Source: a virus. Taken from it: DNA of 64,000 nucleotides. The notes beneath the pieces were generated by a model that saw only the letters and a list, made by a program, of their open reading frames with translations, ran no database searches and was not told where the DNA came from. The position numbers were made by a program, and so were the translations under genes. Below are positions 37,977-47,465 of the stretch, piece after piece; the first letter of the stretch is position 1; the number at the start of each line of letters is the position of its first letter. Where the stretch lies: positions 111,261 to 175,260 of the IMG/VR virus record IMGVR_UViG_3300044977_000094; one strand, 5' to 3'.

Positions 37977-38861
37977 TCAGATGCCCGACGGGCGGGTGAC
38001 GTAGGCGACGGCGATGGCGTCGGGGCGCACGAGCTTCGCGCCGAAGACGTGCAGGCCGCGGACGCCGTCGGCGAACGTGGTCTGCAGGCGCAGGGCCTCG
38101 GTCTGGACGATCTGCTCCGCGTAGGTCAGCGCCATCGGGTGGCCGGCCTGCACGATCCAGTTGCTGCCGCTGTAGTTGATCGCGTTGTTCGACACGTAGA
38201 TGTCGAAGCCGGCGGCGCGGCCGATCATGCCGGTGGTGAACACCTCGGACGGCTGGCCCTGCATGTCGGTGATCGCGATGAACGCCTGGGTCTGCTCCAG
38301 GAGCGCCTCGGCCCACGGCGGCACGACCACGTACCGGCCCTGCATGGGGATGTTGGCCTCGGTGAGCTGGACCTTCAGCGGCAGCAGGACCTTCTGGTAG
38401 AAGTCCGCCGGGGTGCTGGAGGCGTACAGCGCCGGGGTGACCGGGGAGCCGGAGGACCCGACCATGTTCTGCGCGGAGACGCCGGTGTACAGCGAAGCGA
38501 TGTACTGGTCGGCGTTGTCGGCGAGCTTGTAGCTGGCGCGCTCTTCCAGGTACGACTGCATGTCGCCGGCGGCCTGGCGCCGGTCGACGTCGTCGACGGA
38601 GAAGCTGAAGCTGAACGCCTGGTCGATGTTCATGTCCAGGCCGGCGTCGTTCAGGGCCTGGTAGGTCAGCGTGGAGTTCGGGGTGTAGGTCGTGATGACC
38701 GGGTCCCCGAACTGCGTGATGTGGACGACGTTTCCGGGGCCGCTGATCTCGCCCTCGTAGTCGTTGTTGACGATGCCGGGGCCGCCGAAGACAAGGTTCT
38801 TCTGGAGCGCGGCCAGGATGACCTTGCTCCAGATTTCGGGCTTGAAAGCCAGAACGGACAT
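37977..38861 (-). CDS. Major capsid protein (P22 coat-like HK97 fold)
   Basis: F.PEIWS, N.DYEGEI...G..V.I, IDQ..F.F.VDD.D, F.D.VRGLHV.GAKL.RP. Confidence 0.92.
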   Translation of the reverse strand: MSVLAFKPEIWSKVILAALQKNLVFGGPGIVNNDYEGEISGPGNVVHITQFGDPVITTYTPNSTLTYQALNDAGLDMNIDQAFSFSFSVDDVDRRQAAGDMQSYLEERASYKLADNADQYIASLYTGVSAQNMVGSSGSPVTPALYASSTPADFYQKVLLPLKVQLTEANIPMQGRYVVVPPWAEALLEQTQAFIAITDMQGQPSEVFTTGMIGRAAGFDIYVSNNAINYSGSNWIVQAGHPMALTYAEQIVQTEALRLQTTFADGVRGLHVFGAKLVRPDAIAVAYVTRPSGI

Positions 38862-38985
38862 TTACTCACCCCTTTGGTGGGTTGGGTTGGGTGGCTGGTG
38901 GTGTCCGGCCACCCCGCCCGGGGGTGCATGCCGTGGTACGGAACAGCCCGCGCACCTGGCGCGGGCAAGCTGAAGCGCGGTACTG

Positions 38986-39765
38986 CTACCGGCGCCCGGC
39001 GCGCTTGGCGCCGAAGCCGAGGTCGGCGCAGAGGCCGTCGTTGATGGCCTTCTGCAGCTGGGATGGAGTCGCCCGCTGGACGTCCTCGTCGGTCCACTGC
39101 CGCGGACCGGGCGGAACAGCGCCGAACTCGCTCCCCGACTTGGGGATGGTCGGTGCCGGCGGTGCCGGAGGCTGGGCGGCCGCGGTCTTGTATCGCGGGT
39201 CCCGGTCGGCCGCAGCGGCGATGGCGTCGGTCACGCGCTGCCCGAAGTCGGCTGATGTCGGGTCCAGTGCGGCCAGGGTGCTGGTGAACGCGTTGGAGTC
39301 CAGCAGCGCCGTGCCGTCGACCTGCTGGGCGGACGCTGCCTTGAAGACCGCCAGTTGGACGGCGGCCTGCCGGGCACGGTCGCGTTCCGCGTCGCGCTCC
39401 TTGGCGGCGGTGGCCAACTGCTCGGCCAGCTGCTCCGCAGTGGGCGGTTCGTCGGTGACCAGGCCCAGGGCCTTCGCGAACGCGTCGCGCTGCTTGGCCT
39501 GCTCGGCCTGGAAGGTGGCGAGCTGGTCGGCGTTCTCCTTGGCCTTCACCCGGTTCGCTGCGGCCTCGGCACGCAGCTCGGCGAGGGACTTCTGCGCCCA
39601 GGGGGGCAGTTCGTCAACGCTGGATGCGGGCTGCGGGACCGGCGCGGGCTGCGGTGCGGGCGCAGGCTCGGAAGGCGCCGGGGCCGGCGTGGGGGCGGGC
39701 GGGTTCGGCGGGGGTGCCGGAGTCGGCGTCGGGGTCGGGGTGGATTCGGGGGTGGGTTCGGACAT
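38986..39765 (-). CDS. Capsid scaffolding protein
   Basis: Pro-rich N-terminus, LP.WAQ..L..LR.EAA..R, helical; upstream of capsid. Confidence 0.8.
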   Translation of the reverse strand: MSEPTPESTPTPTPTPAPPPNPPAPTPAPAPSEPAPAPQPAPVPQPASSVDELPPWAQKSLAELRAEAAANRVKAKENADQLATFQAEQAKQRDAFAKALGLVTDEPPTAEQLAEQLATAAKERDAERDRARQAAVQLAVFKAASAQQVDGTALLDSNAFTSTLAALDPTSADFGQRVTDAIAAAADRDPRYKTAAAQPPAPPAPTIPKSGSEFGAVPPGPRQWTDEDVQRATPSQLQKAINDGLCADLGFGAKRAGRR

Positions 39766-39847
39766 GAGTGGCCCTCCTGGGGCGGTATGCAGTACCCGAC
39801 TCCTGGCCGGGCAGCGAACCCGCCGCGGAGGCGGGTGGACTGGGGCG

Positions 39848-40969
39848 TCAGCGAGCAGCGAAGGGGTGCTCGCGGCGCTGGACGGCGACCTTTGTCATCG
39901 CGAGGTGATGCAGGCGCCGGTGCGTCTGGGATGCGGCCTTGGCGGCGGCGAGTTCACGCCGGGCAGCGGCCCGGGATGCGGGGGTGATCGCGGCGTGCGC
40001 CTGGCGTCCGGCCGCCCGGACCCGGCGCTCCAGGGCCCGCTGCTTCTGGGATGCCTTGTAGATGGCCGCGGCGCGGTCCAGTGCCACCGGATTGGTGGCC
40101 TCGGCGGCGACGCCGGCGCCGAGGGCGGTCCACGAGCAGCGGCACGAGGGGTGCCGGAATCCGGCCGCCCTGGCCTCGGCGAGCGTGGCATAGCCGCGTG
40201 TGGCGCCGGTGAGGGACAGGGTGCGGCCCAGCCACGGCAGGCACTGCGGACAGGACCCCTCGGCGGAGTGCGTGTAGACCTCGACCAGGTCCAGGCCCGA
40301 CCGCATGAGCGCGCCGGCCTGAACGTCGTCCCAGGCGCGGGACACCGCGGTGCGCGTGGCCATCTCCACGTAGGAGGTGAGGTCCCAGCGTCGGCCGGCC
40401 CGGTCCGTGAATCCGGTGATGCCCCGCGTGCCGAATTCGTCCAGCGCCGATTGGGCCGCCTGGATCCGCGACAGCGACAGTGACGTCCCGGGCAGGCCGT
40501 TGCGGTGCTCGGCAACGGCCCGGCTGCTGACCTGGGCGAAGATGTTCCCGGGCGCCGGCGGCGCGGAGGACGTGGTGTGCTCGGCCGCGCTGACGGCCGT
40601 CTTCAGGCCCTGGGCTAGGGATGTCGTAGCCTCGTCGTTGGCGTGGTCGAGGATCCGCGCGAGCGGCATCCAGTCGCCTACTGGCGCTGGTACCGACATG
40701 GTCGGCCGGGCACCGGTGAAGCCGGCGGACAGGACGGCTCGGATCTTAGGTGCGGCCGCGCTGAACAGGGCGTCGGCGCCCTGGAGCAGCTTGCGCTGGG
40801 CCACGGCGGGCAGCAGGACGCCTGAGGCGACCTGGCGGGACAGCGTCGCCGTCATGCCGATCAGGGCCAGTTCGAGCGGCTCGTAGATCGCGGCGACGGC
40901 GTCCGCCACGGCCTGGGCGTGATCCTCGCGCTGATCACCCGGGGTGCGCGGCAGGGGGCTGGTCACCAT
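39848..40969 (-). CDS. Phage minor capsid protein 2 (MuF-like)
   Basis: F.DRAGR.W.L..Y.EMA.RT, H...C..C.PW.G, HP.CRC, Q.QRALER. Confidence 0.85.
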   Translation of the reverse strand: MVTSPLPRTPGDQREDHAQAVADAVAAIYEPLELALIGMTATLSRQVASGVLLPAVAQRKLLQGADALFSAAAPKIRAVLSAGFTGARPTMSVPAPVGDWMPLARILDHANDEATTSLAQGLKTAVSAAEHTTSSAPPAPGNIFAQVSSRAVAEHRNGLPGTSLSLSRIQAAQSALDEFGTRGITGFTDRAGRRWDLTSYVEMATRTAVSRAWDDVQAGALMRSGLDLVEVYTHSAEGSCPQCLPWLGRTLSLTGATRGYATLAEARAAGFRHPSCRCSWTALGAGVAAEATNPVALDRAAAIYKASQKQRALERRVRAAGRQAHAAITPASRAAARRELAAAKAASQTHRRLHHLAMTKVAVQRREHPFAAR

Positions 40970-40975
40970 CGCCCC

Positions 40976-41329
40976 CTAGGGTCGGAACGTGCCCCCGAGC
41001 GCCGGCGTGTTGCCCTGATCGTTGAGGATCTTCGAGGACAGTTCCCGAAGGCCCTTCATGGCGCCCGTGACGGCCTGTTCGACCTGCTCGCCGGTCGGAT
41101 CCGGCGCCTGGATCTGGGTGACGTTGACCAGCGGGCCCTGACCCAGCAGCGGGGACCGGGTCGAGACGACCAGGGTGTGCAGAACCGCGAATCCGCCGGT
41201 CGGAGTCGGGGCGACGACGGCCGTGGCGATCACACCGAAGTCCTCGCCGAAGCACTGCCGCTCGACGGCGGCCAGCGCAGCCGACCTGACCTTCGCCGCG
41301 ATGTCGATGGCGCCCATCAGATTCCCCAC
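40976..41329 (-). CDS. Hypothetical protein
   Basis: AGGAAGG RBS, 117 aa. Confidence 0.6.
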   Translation of the reverse strand: MGNLMGAIDIAAKVRSAALAAVERQCFGEDFGVIATAVVAPTPTGGFAVLHTLVVSTRSPLLGQGPLVNVTQIQAPDPTGEQVEQAVTGAMKGLRELSSKILNDQGNTPALGGTFRP

Positions 41330-41375
41330 GCCTTCCTGAATTGCTCGGTGATCCAGTTACTGCCTGGCTTCCGCA

Positions 41376-41567
41376 TCAGGTGCGGTTCCGCTTCCCGAGC
41401 CGCCGGTTGCCCGCGTCGGCCCGGTCGAACACCGACTGCCCGGTGGTGTGCGACGACTGGTCGCGGACCGCGCTCGGCGGCCGCTGCGAGCCGGCCGTCG
41501 TCGGCAGCTTCTTGCCGTCAGCGGGTGCCGGTGCCTGCTTCGCGGCGGTCTTCTTGGATGTGGCCAT
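41376..41567 (-). CDS. Small basic disordered protein
   Basis: GGAGG RBS; MATSKKTAAKQ... Confidence 0.55.
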   Translation of the reverse strand: MATSKKTAAKQAPAPADGKKLPTTAGSQRPPSAVRDQSSHTTGQSVFDRADAGNRRLGKRNRT

Positions 41568-41860
41568 CAGTAGTTCGCACCTCCGCCCACCCACTTGGTT
41601 GCCAGCGAGTACGGGCCCGGCGCGGCCACGCCGACACCATCGCACTCGTCGTCGTTGACCTGCCGGTCCGCCGGAGGGTTCGGATTGCCGCCGACGGTGA
41701 GCGGATAGCCTCCGGGCGGCGCGGTGACGGCGGCATCAGGGGCCTGCTGGTGCCGGCGCAGATCCGCCGAGATGTCCCTGGGGCCCGGGCCCGGCGCGAG
41801 GGACGCCACGGCCTTGCCGTTCGGCTCCGGGAGCGCTTCGTCGGGGCCGCGCGTCAGCAC
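41567..41860 (-). CDS. Small Pro/Gly-rich protein
   Basis: In-operon ORF; stop overlaps the next start. Confidence 0.5.
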   Translation of the reverse strand: MLTRGPDEALPEPNGKAVASLAPGPGPRDISADLRRHQQAPDAAVTAPPGGYPLTVGGNPNPPADRQVNDDECDGVGVAAPGPYSLATKWVGGGANY

Positions 41861-41864
41861 GGGG

Positions 41865-42056
41865 TCACATCCCGTCGTTGTCGGCGTCGCCGGCGCTGCC
41901 GCGCTTGTTGGCCTGCGCGGTCTCTCCGGCGCTGGCACCGGTGCCGGGCATCGGACCCGATCCCCGGACGTGCTTGCCGACCCGGTCGGCTGCACCCTGG
42001 GGGCCCTGGCCGGGGATGGTGTTCTTGACGGGCTTGCCGCTGTCGCCGATCGCCAT
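41865..42056 (-). CDS. Small Gly-rich protein
   Basis: GAAGG RBS; MAIGDSGKPVKN... Confidence 0.55.
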   Translation of the reverse strand: MAIGDSGKPVKNTIPGQGPQGAADRVGKHVRGSGPMPGTGASAGETAQANKRGSAGDADNDGM

Positions 42057-42077
42057 GATGATCGCCTTCTCTCTGGG

Positions 42078-42302
42078 TTACTTGCCCTTGCCGCCGGAGC
42101 GGCCCTTGCTGAGGACGTTCTTCGCGAAGTTGGCCTGCTTCTGGGCCTTCGGGCCCTTCTTGCCGGCGAGTGCCGCCTGCATGTCCTTCGCGGGGATCGG
42201 CTTGTCCTTAGGGACACCGAGGGATTCGTGCAGGCCGCCGGGCTTGAAGCTGATGGGCTTCTTCCCGGCAGCCTTGATGGTCCGCTTCTTGGCTTCGGCC
42301 AT
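42078..42302 (-). CDS. Small Lys-rich protein
   Basis: KPGGLHESLGVP...IP motif; immediately after portal. Confidence 0.7.
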   Translation of the reverse strand: MAEAKKRTIKAAGKKPISFKPGGLHESLGVPKDKPIPAKDMQAALAGKKGPKAQKQANFAKNVLSKGRSGGKGK

Positions 42303-42303
42303 G

Positions 42304-44028
42304 TCACTGCCCTTCCACGTCGCCGTCTTCGGGGAGTTGCGCCGCCGCGGGCGCCTTCGAGGCGTCGGCGAGCTCCTGGATCTCCTGGGAGATCGTCTCG
42401 TCGCTGTTCATGGGCGGCGCGATGGTGATCCTGGCGCGGCCTGCGAGGGCGAGACCCGTCTCCGCGTAGATCATCTTGACTTCGCGGTGGACCTCTTCGT
42501 CGCCCCAGTCCGGATGCACCATCCGCACCAGCGTCTCCTTCGACGCCGCGTCGGCTTGCGCCAACGCCCCAGCGGCCTGTGCGACTTCCAGCGGGTCCGG
42601 CGTCACCGAATCCGGGAACTCGGCCTCGGGCCGCTCCGGGCTCACGCTCGCGTCGTTGAACACCGCGCGTTTGACGGCGAGCCAGCCGTACAGGATGTCC
42701 CGCACGGCCGGGCGCCAGTACAGGAGCTTCTTGTTGCGGGTGATCTCGGTCTTGCGTTCCCGGGCCCGGATCTCGGTGGCCGTCATGGCACTGCCCTGGC
42801 TGTCGTACTCGCCGAACGTCTGGCCGGAGTACCCGGCGCCCTGGACGATGCGGTTGATGTACTCGGCGCAGGTCTGCTGGTGCTCGCTGACCCGGATCTG
42901 GAACTGGTTGGCCATGATGTCGTTGGTGCCGCCGTTGCTCGTCATCATCGAGACGGGGCTGTACACCTGCCGGTCCGGGTCGAACACGGCACCCTTGCCG
43001 CGGCCGATGTTGTCCAGGTACTGCTGCGGCACGATCAGCCGGGCCTTGGCCAGGCGCAGATCCCGCTGCCAGGACGAGTACGCCTCGTCGAGGGCGTCCA
43101 TGAGGATCTCGACGCCGGAGAAGTCGGACCGGCCCAGCGGTGCGACGGCGGGCCCCAGGTCGCGCCAGATCTTGTTGGGCCTCATATTCGGCACATACAC
43201 CACGGTCGAGGCGTCCTGCGGCATGTCGGGGAACGTGATCGCGTTGCCCTCCGACAGGTACTGCGCGAACTGGGCCGTCTCGGGGAAGTCCGTCAGCGGG
43301 TACACGCGACCGAGGTCGGTCTGGTCGCCGACGTACACGTTGTGGAAGATCGCATTCTGGCCCGGTGCGTGGGTCTCCAAGTGACGAACCACCGCGGAGC
43401 CGTCGTCGGACAGGATCCGCCAGAACGTCACGCCCAGCAGCTTGCCGTGGGAGAACATCGGCACCGCGGCATCCGCCGGAACGACGTCGATCATCGGCTC
43501 GTCGGACACGTCCGTGTCCCACGTGACCCGCAGGAACACCCCGCCGAGCCCCGAGCAGTTCTCGGCGGCGTCCAGGAGCGTGGCGTGCATGCCGTCGTCC
43601 ATCAGGCCGTCCAGGGCGTCCTGGTTCGCCGGATTCGACGCCGTGACCACCGGCGGCTTGGAAAACAGCAGGTCCGCCGACGTGGACGCGATGTCACTCG
43701 CGATCGGCACGTGCAGCTTGCTGCGCTTCTCGCCGGGCGAAGTCGGGGAGCCCCAGAAGGTGTAGGACACGGAGCCCAGCAGGCCACCGCGGAACTGGCC
43801 CGGGCGCGGCATCGGCAGCCCGGCCTCGCCCGTCGTCGAGAAGTAGCTGCGGCCCACCGGGGAGTTGTCGCCCAGGTTGTAGTACGTCCACTGCAGCTTG
43901 TCCGGGTCGCCGGACCACCACGCGTCCCAGGCCCGCATCTGCATCGTGATCGGGTTGAACTCCGGCGGCGGCCAGGGGCGTGAGTCGGTGGGCAGGAGCA
44001 TCCGCATTCGGTCGTCGATCGCTGCCAT
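42304..44028 (-). CDS. Portal protein (SPP1 gp6/A118-like)
   Basis: KLHVPIA.DIA..SADLLF, YVPN, GRSD, D.LDE.YS, TATEI. Confidence 0.92.
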   Translation of the reverse strand: MAAIDDRMRMLLPTDSRPWPPPEFNPITMQMRAWDAWWSGDPDKLQWTYYNLGDNSPVGRSYFSTTGEAGLPMPRPGQFRGGLLGSVSYTFWGSPTSPGEKRSKLHVPIASDIASTSADLLFSKPPVVTASNPANQDALDGLMDDGMHATLLDAAENCSGLGGVFLRVTWDTDVSDEPMIDVVPADAAVPMFSHGKLLGVTFWRILSDDGSAVVRHLETHAPGQNAIFHNVYVGDQTDLGRVYPLTDFPETAQFAQYLSEGNAITFPDMPQDASTVVYVPNMRPNKIWRDLGPAVAPLGRSDFSGVEILMDALDEAYSSWQRDLRLAKARLIVPQQYLDNIGRGKGAVFDPDRQVYSPVSMMTSNGGTNDIMANQFQIRVSEHQQTCAEYINRIVQGAGYSGQTFGEYDSQGSAMTATEIRARERKTEITRNKKLLYWRPAVRDILYGWLAVKRAVFNDASVSPERPEAEFPDSVTPDPLEVAQAAGALAQADAASKETLVRMVHPDWGDEEVHREVKMIYAETGLALAGRARITIAPPMNSDETISQEIQELADASKAPAAAQLPEDGDVEGQ

Positions 44029-44064
44029 GCGCCTGCGCCACCTCCTGTTCGGTCTCGCTGCGGG

Positions 44065-44487
44065 TCAGGTCAGGCGGATGCGGTGCTCAATGGCCCAGGC
44101 CCGGCGGTGTCGGCGGCTGCAGAACACGTAGCGCCAGGTGCCCTCGTCGCCGGCCATCACGTGGACGTGCCCGTACCGGCCCGGCCATGGGCAGGCGCCG
44201 TGTGCGCACCCCAGCGGCTTCACGCCGCGGCGCCGGCACCACCACGCGTGGACGCCGTGGGCGATGCGCACCACAGGGTTCACCCGCGGGAGGGGCGTGC
44301 TGGTCGCGGTCACGGCCGGACGGTCGTGACCGGTACCGCAGCCCGGACAGATCTCCAGCACGCCGGCGACCGCCGCCGTGAGGCTGCCGATGTGCAGCGG
44401 GATCCGGATCCGGGACGGCAGCCGGCACACCGGGCACCATCCGTGGAGCTCCGGTTCGCCTGCGACAACGCTGCGGGGTGTGCGCAT
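44065..44487 (-). CDS. Cys-rich hypothetical protein
   Basis: CPVC, CPGC, CAHGAC, FCS..H motifs. Confidence 0.5.
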   Translation of the reverse strand: MRTPRSVVAGEPELHGWCPVCRLPSRIRIPLHIGSLTAAVAGVLEICPGCGTGHDRPAVTATSTPLPRVNPVVRIAHGVHAWWCRRRGVKPLGCAHGACPWPGRYGHVHVMAGDEGTWRYVFCSRRHRRAWAIEHRIRLT

Positions 44488-44497
44488 CTGCCGCCCT

Positions 44498-45784
44498 TCA
44501 GGCCGCAGCGGACAGGGGGATCCTGTTGAACCACAGGCCCTGCGAGGACTTGATGGCGTACCGGCCGCCGTCCAGCGAGTGATCGTCGGCCTTGACGGGC
44601 TTGTCGACGCCCATGAGCGCGGCGCGGTCGTCCCAGGAGTAGCCGCCGATCTCGTCGATCCACCCCTGGCAGGAGCGGGACGCTTTCAGGCGCCGCCGGG
44701 CCAGGAGCGAGGAGACCAGGCGGATCCCGTCGAGGACACCGTTGTCGGCGTCGGTCACGGGCCAGCCGTCCTGGTGGCACTGGACCTTCAGGGACGCCGC
44801 GGACGGGTCGATGAACAGGTACTGCGGAGTGGGTCCGCGCAGGTGCGTCCCCGGAAACCGCACCCCGTTGATCCACTCGCGGAGCTTGCCGGACAGCTCC
44901 ACGTCCGTCAGCTGCCGGTGCCGCTGCCGCGAGTCCCACCGGAACTCGTCCACCAGGAACAGGCACGGCTCCTGGCCGCTGTCGCCACCACCGCGGTTGC
45001 TCATGCCCAGCAGCAGCGCCGCGGTCGGAGCGGTCGTACCGTAGTCCAAGCCGATGCCCAGCCACGTGTGGATCGAGGGAATGATGTCGACGACGTGGAC
45101 AGCCGGATCCCACATGTCGTAGATCGCGCCCTCGGCGGCGCACCATTCGCCCAGGACACGGCGCCGGTACCACAGGCCCACGTTCTCGGCTTTGACGCCG
45201 GCCTTGTAGTCGTCGTCAAGGGACGGGTTGTCGTCGAGGAGGAAGTGCCAGCTGCGCAGGTCGAGCTCGTGGCTACGGAGCAGGTAGTTGCGCCGCAGCC
45301 AGTGTGCGGGGTTGTCCGGGTTGGTGGTCGCGAAGAGCTTGGCGCCGGGCACGGACATGCGGCCGAGGAGCTGCGAGAAGAACTCTTCGCTGACGAGGGT
45401 CGCCTCGTCGACGTAGGCGCCGGCGGCGGTGAGGCCGCGGAGCCTGGTTTCCGCGCGGGTGTCGTTCGCGCCGATGACCCACACGCGGCGACCCAGGATG
45501 GTGCCCGAGGGCGCGCCGGGGGTGTAGCGGGTCTGGTTGGCCAGCTCCCCGAACACCGCGTAGTCCTGGAGCGGGGAGAACACGTTCCGCATGGCGGTCT
45601 GGCTCGTCTTGGCGACGACGACGAGTTCCCCGCGGGGCGCGGCGGCCACGTACATGAGCCAGCGCAGCAGCGAGGAGATCGTCTTGCCGGAGCGGATGGC
45701 ACCGGTCCAGATGTTGATGCGCGCATCGGCCTCGGCAACGGAGCGGATCTGCTTCGGAGACAGAGGCAAGGCATTGAGCTGCAC
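44498..45784 (-). CDS. terL: Terminase large subunit (PBSX-like)
   Basis: GAIRSGKT Walker A, YVDEA Walker B, TTNP, LDYG, DPSA, DDH.LD..RY. Confidence 0.95.
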   Translation of the reverse strand: MQLNALPLSPKQIRSVAEADARINIWTGAIRSGKTISSLLRWLMYVAAAPRGELVVVAKTSQTAMRNVFSPLQDYAVFGELANQTRYTPGAPSGTILGRRVWVIGANDTRAETRLRGLTAAGAYVDEATLVSEEFFSQLLGRMSVPGAKLFATTNPDNPAHWLRRNYLLRSHELDLRSWHFLLDDNPSLDDDYKAGVKAENVGLWYRRRVLGEWCAAEGAIYDMWDPAVHVVDIIPSIHTWLGIGLDYGTTAPTAALLLGMSNRGGGDSGQEPCLFLVDEFRWDSRQRHRQLTDVELSGKLREWINGVRFPGTHLRGPTPQYLFIDPSAASLKVQCHQDGWPVTDADNGVLDGIRLVSSLLARRRLKASRSCQGWIDEIGGYSWDDRAALMGVDKPVKADDHSLDGGRYAIKSSQGLWFNRIPLSAAA

Positions 45785-45799
45785 GGCCCCTCCCGGGGG

Positions 45800-46333
45800 C
45801 TATTCGGTGCTCGCCGCAGGATCGGGCAGACTGTCGGCCGCGGCCTTGAGGGCTTCGCTGAGGCTGCCGAGCATGCTCTTGGCCGCGTCCGCGTTGTCGC
45901 TGGTGTCGTACTGCTCCAGGCGCATGCTCTTGTCCAGGGCGATCCCAACCGCGGTGTAGGCGGCCTTGGCGTCCTGTAGCGGCGGCAGGTCGAGGGTGAC
46001 CTGGGCCGCTCCCTGGGGGGTGCTGACGACAATGACGTAGGGGTCCCAGGCGCGCTGCCGTAGGCGTTCGGCGTCCGTGAGGAGGTCTTCCTTCAGCTTC
46101 TCCCGTGCGGCACGGCAGTCCATGGAGCGGGCACGGGTGGCGTTCTCGGTCTGACTGCGGTCGAAGCAGCCTTCGAGTCCTTCGGCTTTCGCAATGTTGT
46201 GGACGCTCGTCGGGTTGACGTCGTGGTCGCGGGCGATCTGGCGCAGCGACACGCCGCTTTCGGGCGCCGCCTTGATGGCCTCGACGATCGACTTGCGGAC
46301 TCGCGCGGGCAGCGCCTTGCCGATGGATGCCAC
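45800..46333 (-). CDS. terS: Terminase small subunit (HTH)
   Basis: N-terminal HTH SLRQIARDHDVNPTSVHNI; directly upstream of terL. Confidence 0.75.
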   Translation of the reverse strand: MASIGKALPARVRKSIVEAIKAAPESGVSLRQIARDHDVNPTSVHNIAKAEGLEGCFDRSQTENATRARSMDCRAAREKLKEDLLTDAERLRQRAWDPYVIVVSTPQGAAQVTLDLPPLQDAKAAYTAVGIALDKSMRLEQYDTSDNADAAKSMLGSLSEALKAAADSLPDPAASTE

Positions 46334-46359
46334 GGCTCACCCCCGGTGGTCGTTGCGGT

Positions 46360-47454
46360 TCAGCAGGCGTAGGACACCGGCGGTGTCCACACCTGGCCAT
46401 CTCCGGCACTGTGACTGGTGGGCGTGTAGGTCAGCGGCGTGTACAGGTCCCCGGCGGCGGTCTCGTTGCGGGATCCGGTCCACAGGTCGATGCCCTGATA
46501 AGGGGTGCCGTCGACGACGGACACGGTCCGCGGCTGGCCTCCGCAGCTCGTCGCGGACACGTCCCGGCGCCCGGTGGCAGCGGTGCTGCCCGCGGCAACG
46601 TCCACCGGCGCCGTATACGGGCCAAGCAGGCTCGACGCGGTCGCGTAGCCGGTCCCGGTCCCCGCGCAGTAGCCGCAGCCCGGATCCGAGTAGGTGATCA
46701 CGTAGGTGCCGGAGGCGGTGTCGTAGAAGCCGCCCGGGCCCTCGATGGAGGACAAGCCGGCGATGTTCGCGGCTCCGCCGCTGCCACCGGTGCCCCACCA
46801 GTTCAGCTGCTCCATGGACAGGCTGGCGGCTCCGGGCATCGTGCAGATCAGCGCCGGGGCCTGCCCTGCCGTCCCGGACTGGACCACCCCGAAGTCACCG
46901 TTGCCGGAACAGTAGTTCAAGGAGGGCTTGGTGTACGAGCCGTGGACGGGGGCCCCGGGACCGCACGGGCCGGCGGGCCCGGTGCAGCCCATGGCGTTGT
47001 AGGCGTTGGCGTGGTTCGTCGACCAGTCCTGGGGCGAGTTGAACCACAGCACGAAGACACCGTCGTTGGCTCCCCAGCCCGTGCGCTGGATCATGCGCGG
47101 GTTGAAGCAGCCGAGGCCGTTGCCGCCGCACTCCGTCTGCCAGCTCGCACCGGTCCACGGGTCGGTGCTGGTCGGGTCGAACAGCAGGGTGGGCGTGGAC
47201 CACGGGCCGTTCAGGCTGGGGGCGGTGCTGACCTTGAAGCCGCACCAGGGGGTGTTGGCGATGTACCACTGGTAGCCGCATCCGTAGCTGGTGCCGTAGG
47301 CGTAGTAGGTGCCGCCGAAGTCGGCGACCATCCCGTCGTGCATGTCCAGGGGGATGCTGAACGGTGCGGGCGTCGCGGTGGCGGTGGCGGGCGTTGCCCC
47401 GGCCAGGAGGACGCCCAGGACGAGGACCAGGGCGGTGACGAGGCGGCGCAGCAT
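46360..47454 (-). CDS. Secreted GH43-like beta-propeller glycoside hydrolase
   Basis: Sec signal (MLRRLVTALVLVLGVLLAG..A.A); HDG, YY.YG, CFNPR, GDF, EGP.F...YVITYS, SSLLGPY. Confidence 0.7.
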   Translation of the reverse strand: MLRRLVTALVLVLGVLLAGATPATATATPAPFSIPLDMHDGMVADFGGTYYAYGTSYGCGYQWYIANTPWCGFKVSTAPSLNGPWSTPTLLFDPTSTDPWTGASWQTECGGNGLGCFNPRMIQRTGWGANDGVFVLWFNSPQDWSTNHANAYNAMGCTGPAGPCGPGAPVHGSYTKPSLNYCSGNGDFGVVQSGTAGQAPALICTMPGAASLSMEQLNWWGTGGSGGAANIAGLSSIEGPGGFYDTASGTYVITYSDPGCGYCAGTGTGYATASSLLGPYTAPVDVAAGSTAATGRRDVSATSCGGQPRTVSVVDGTPYQGIDLWTGSRNETAAGDLYTPLTYTPTSHSAGDGQVWTPPVSYAC

Positions 47455-47465
47455 GCGGGCTCCGA

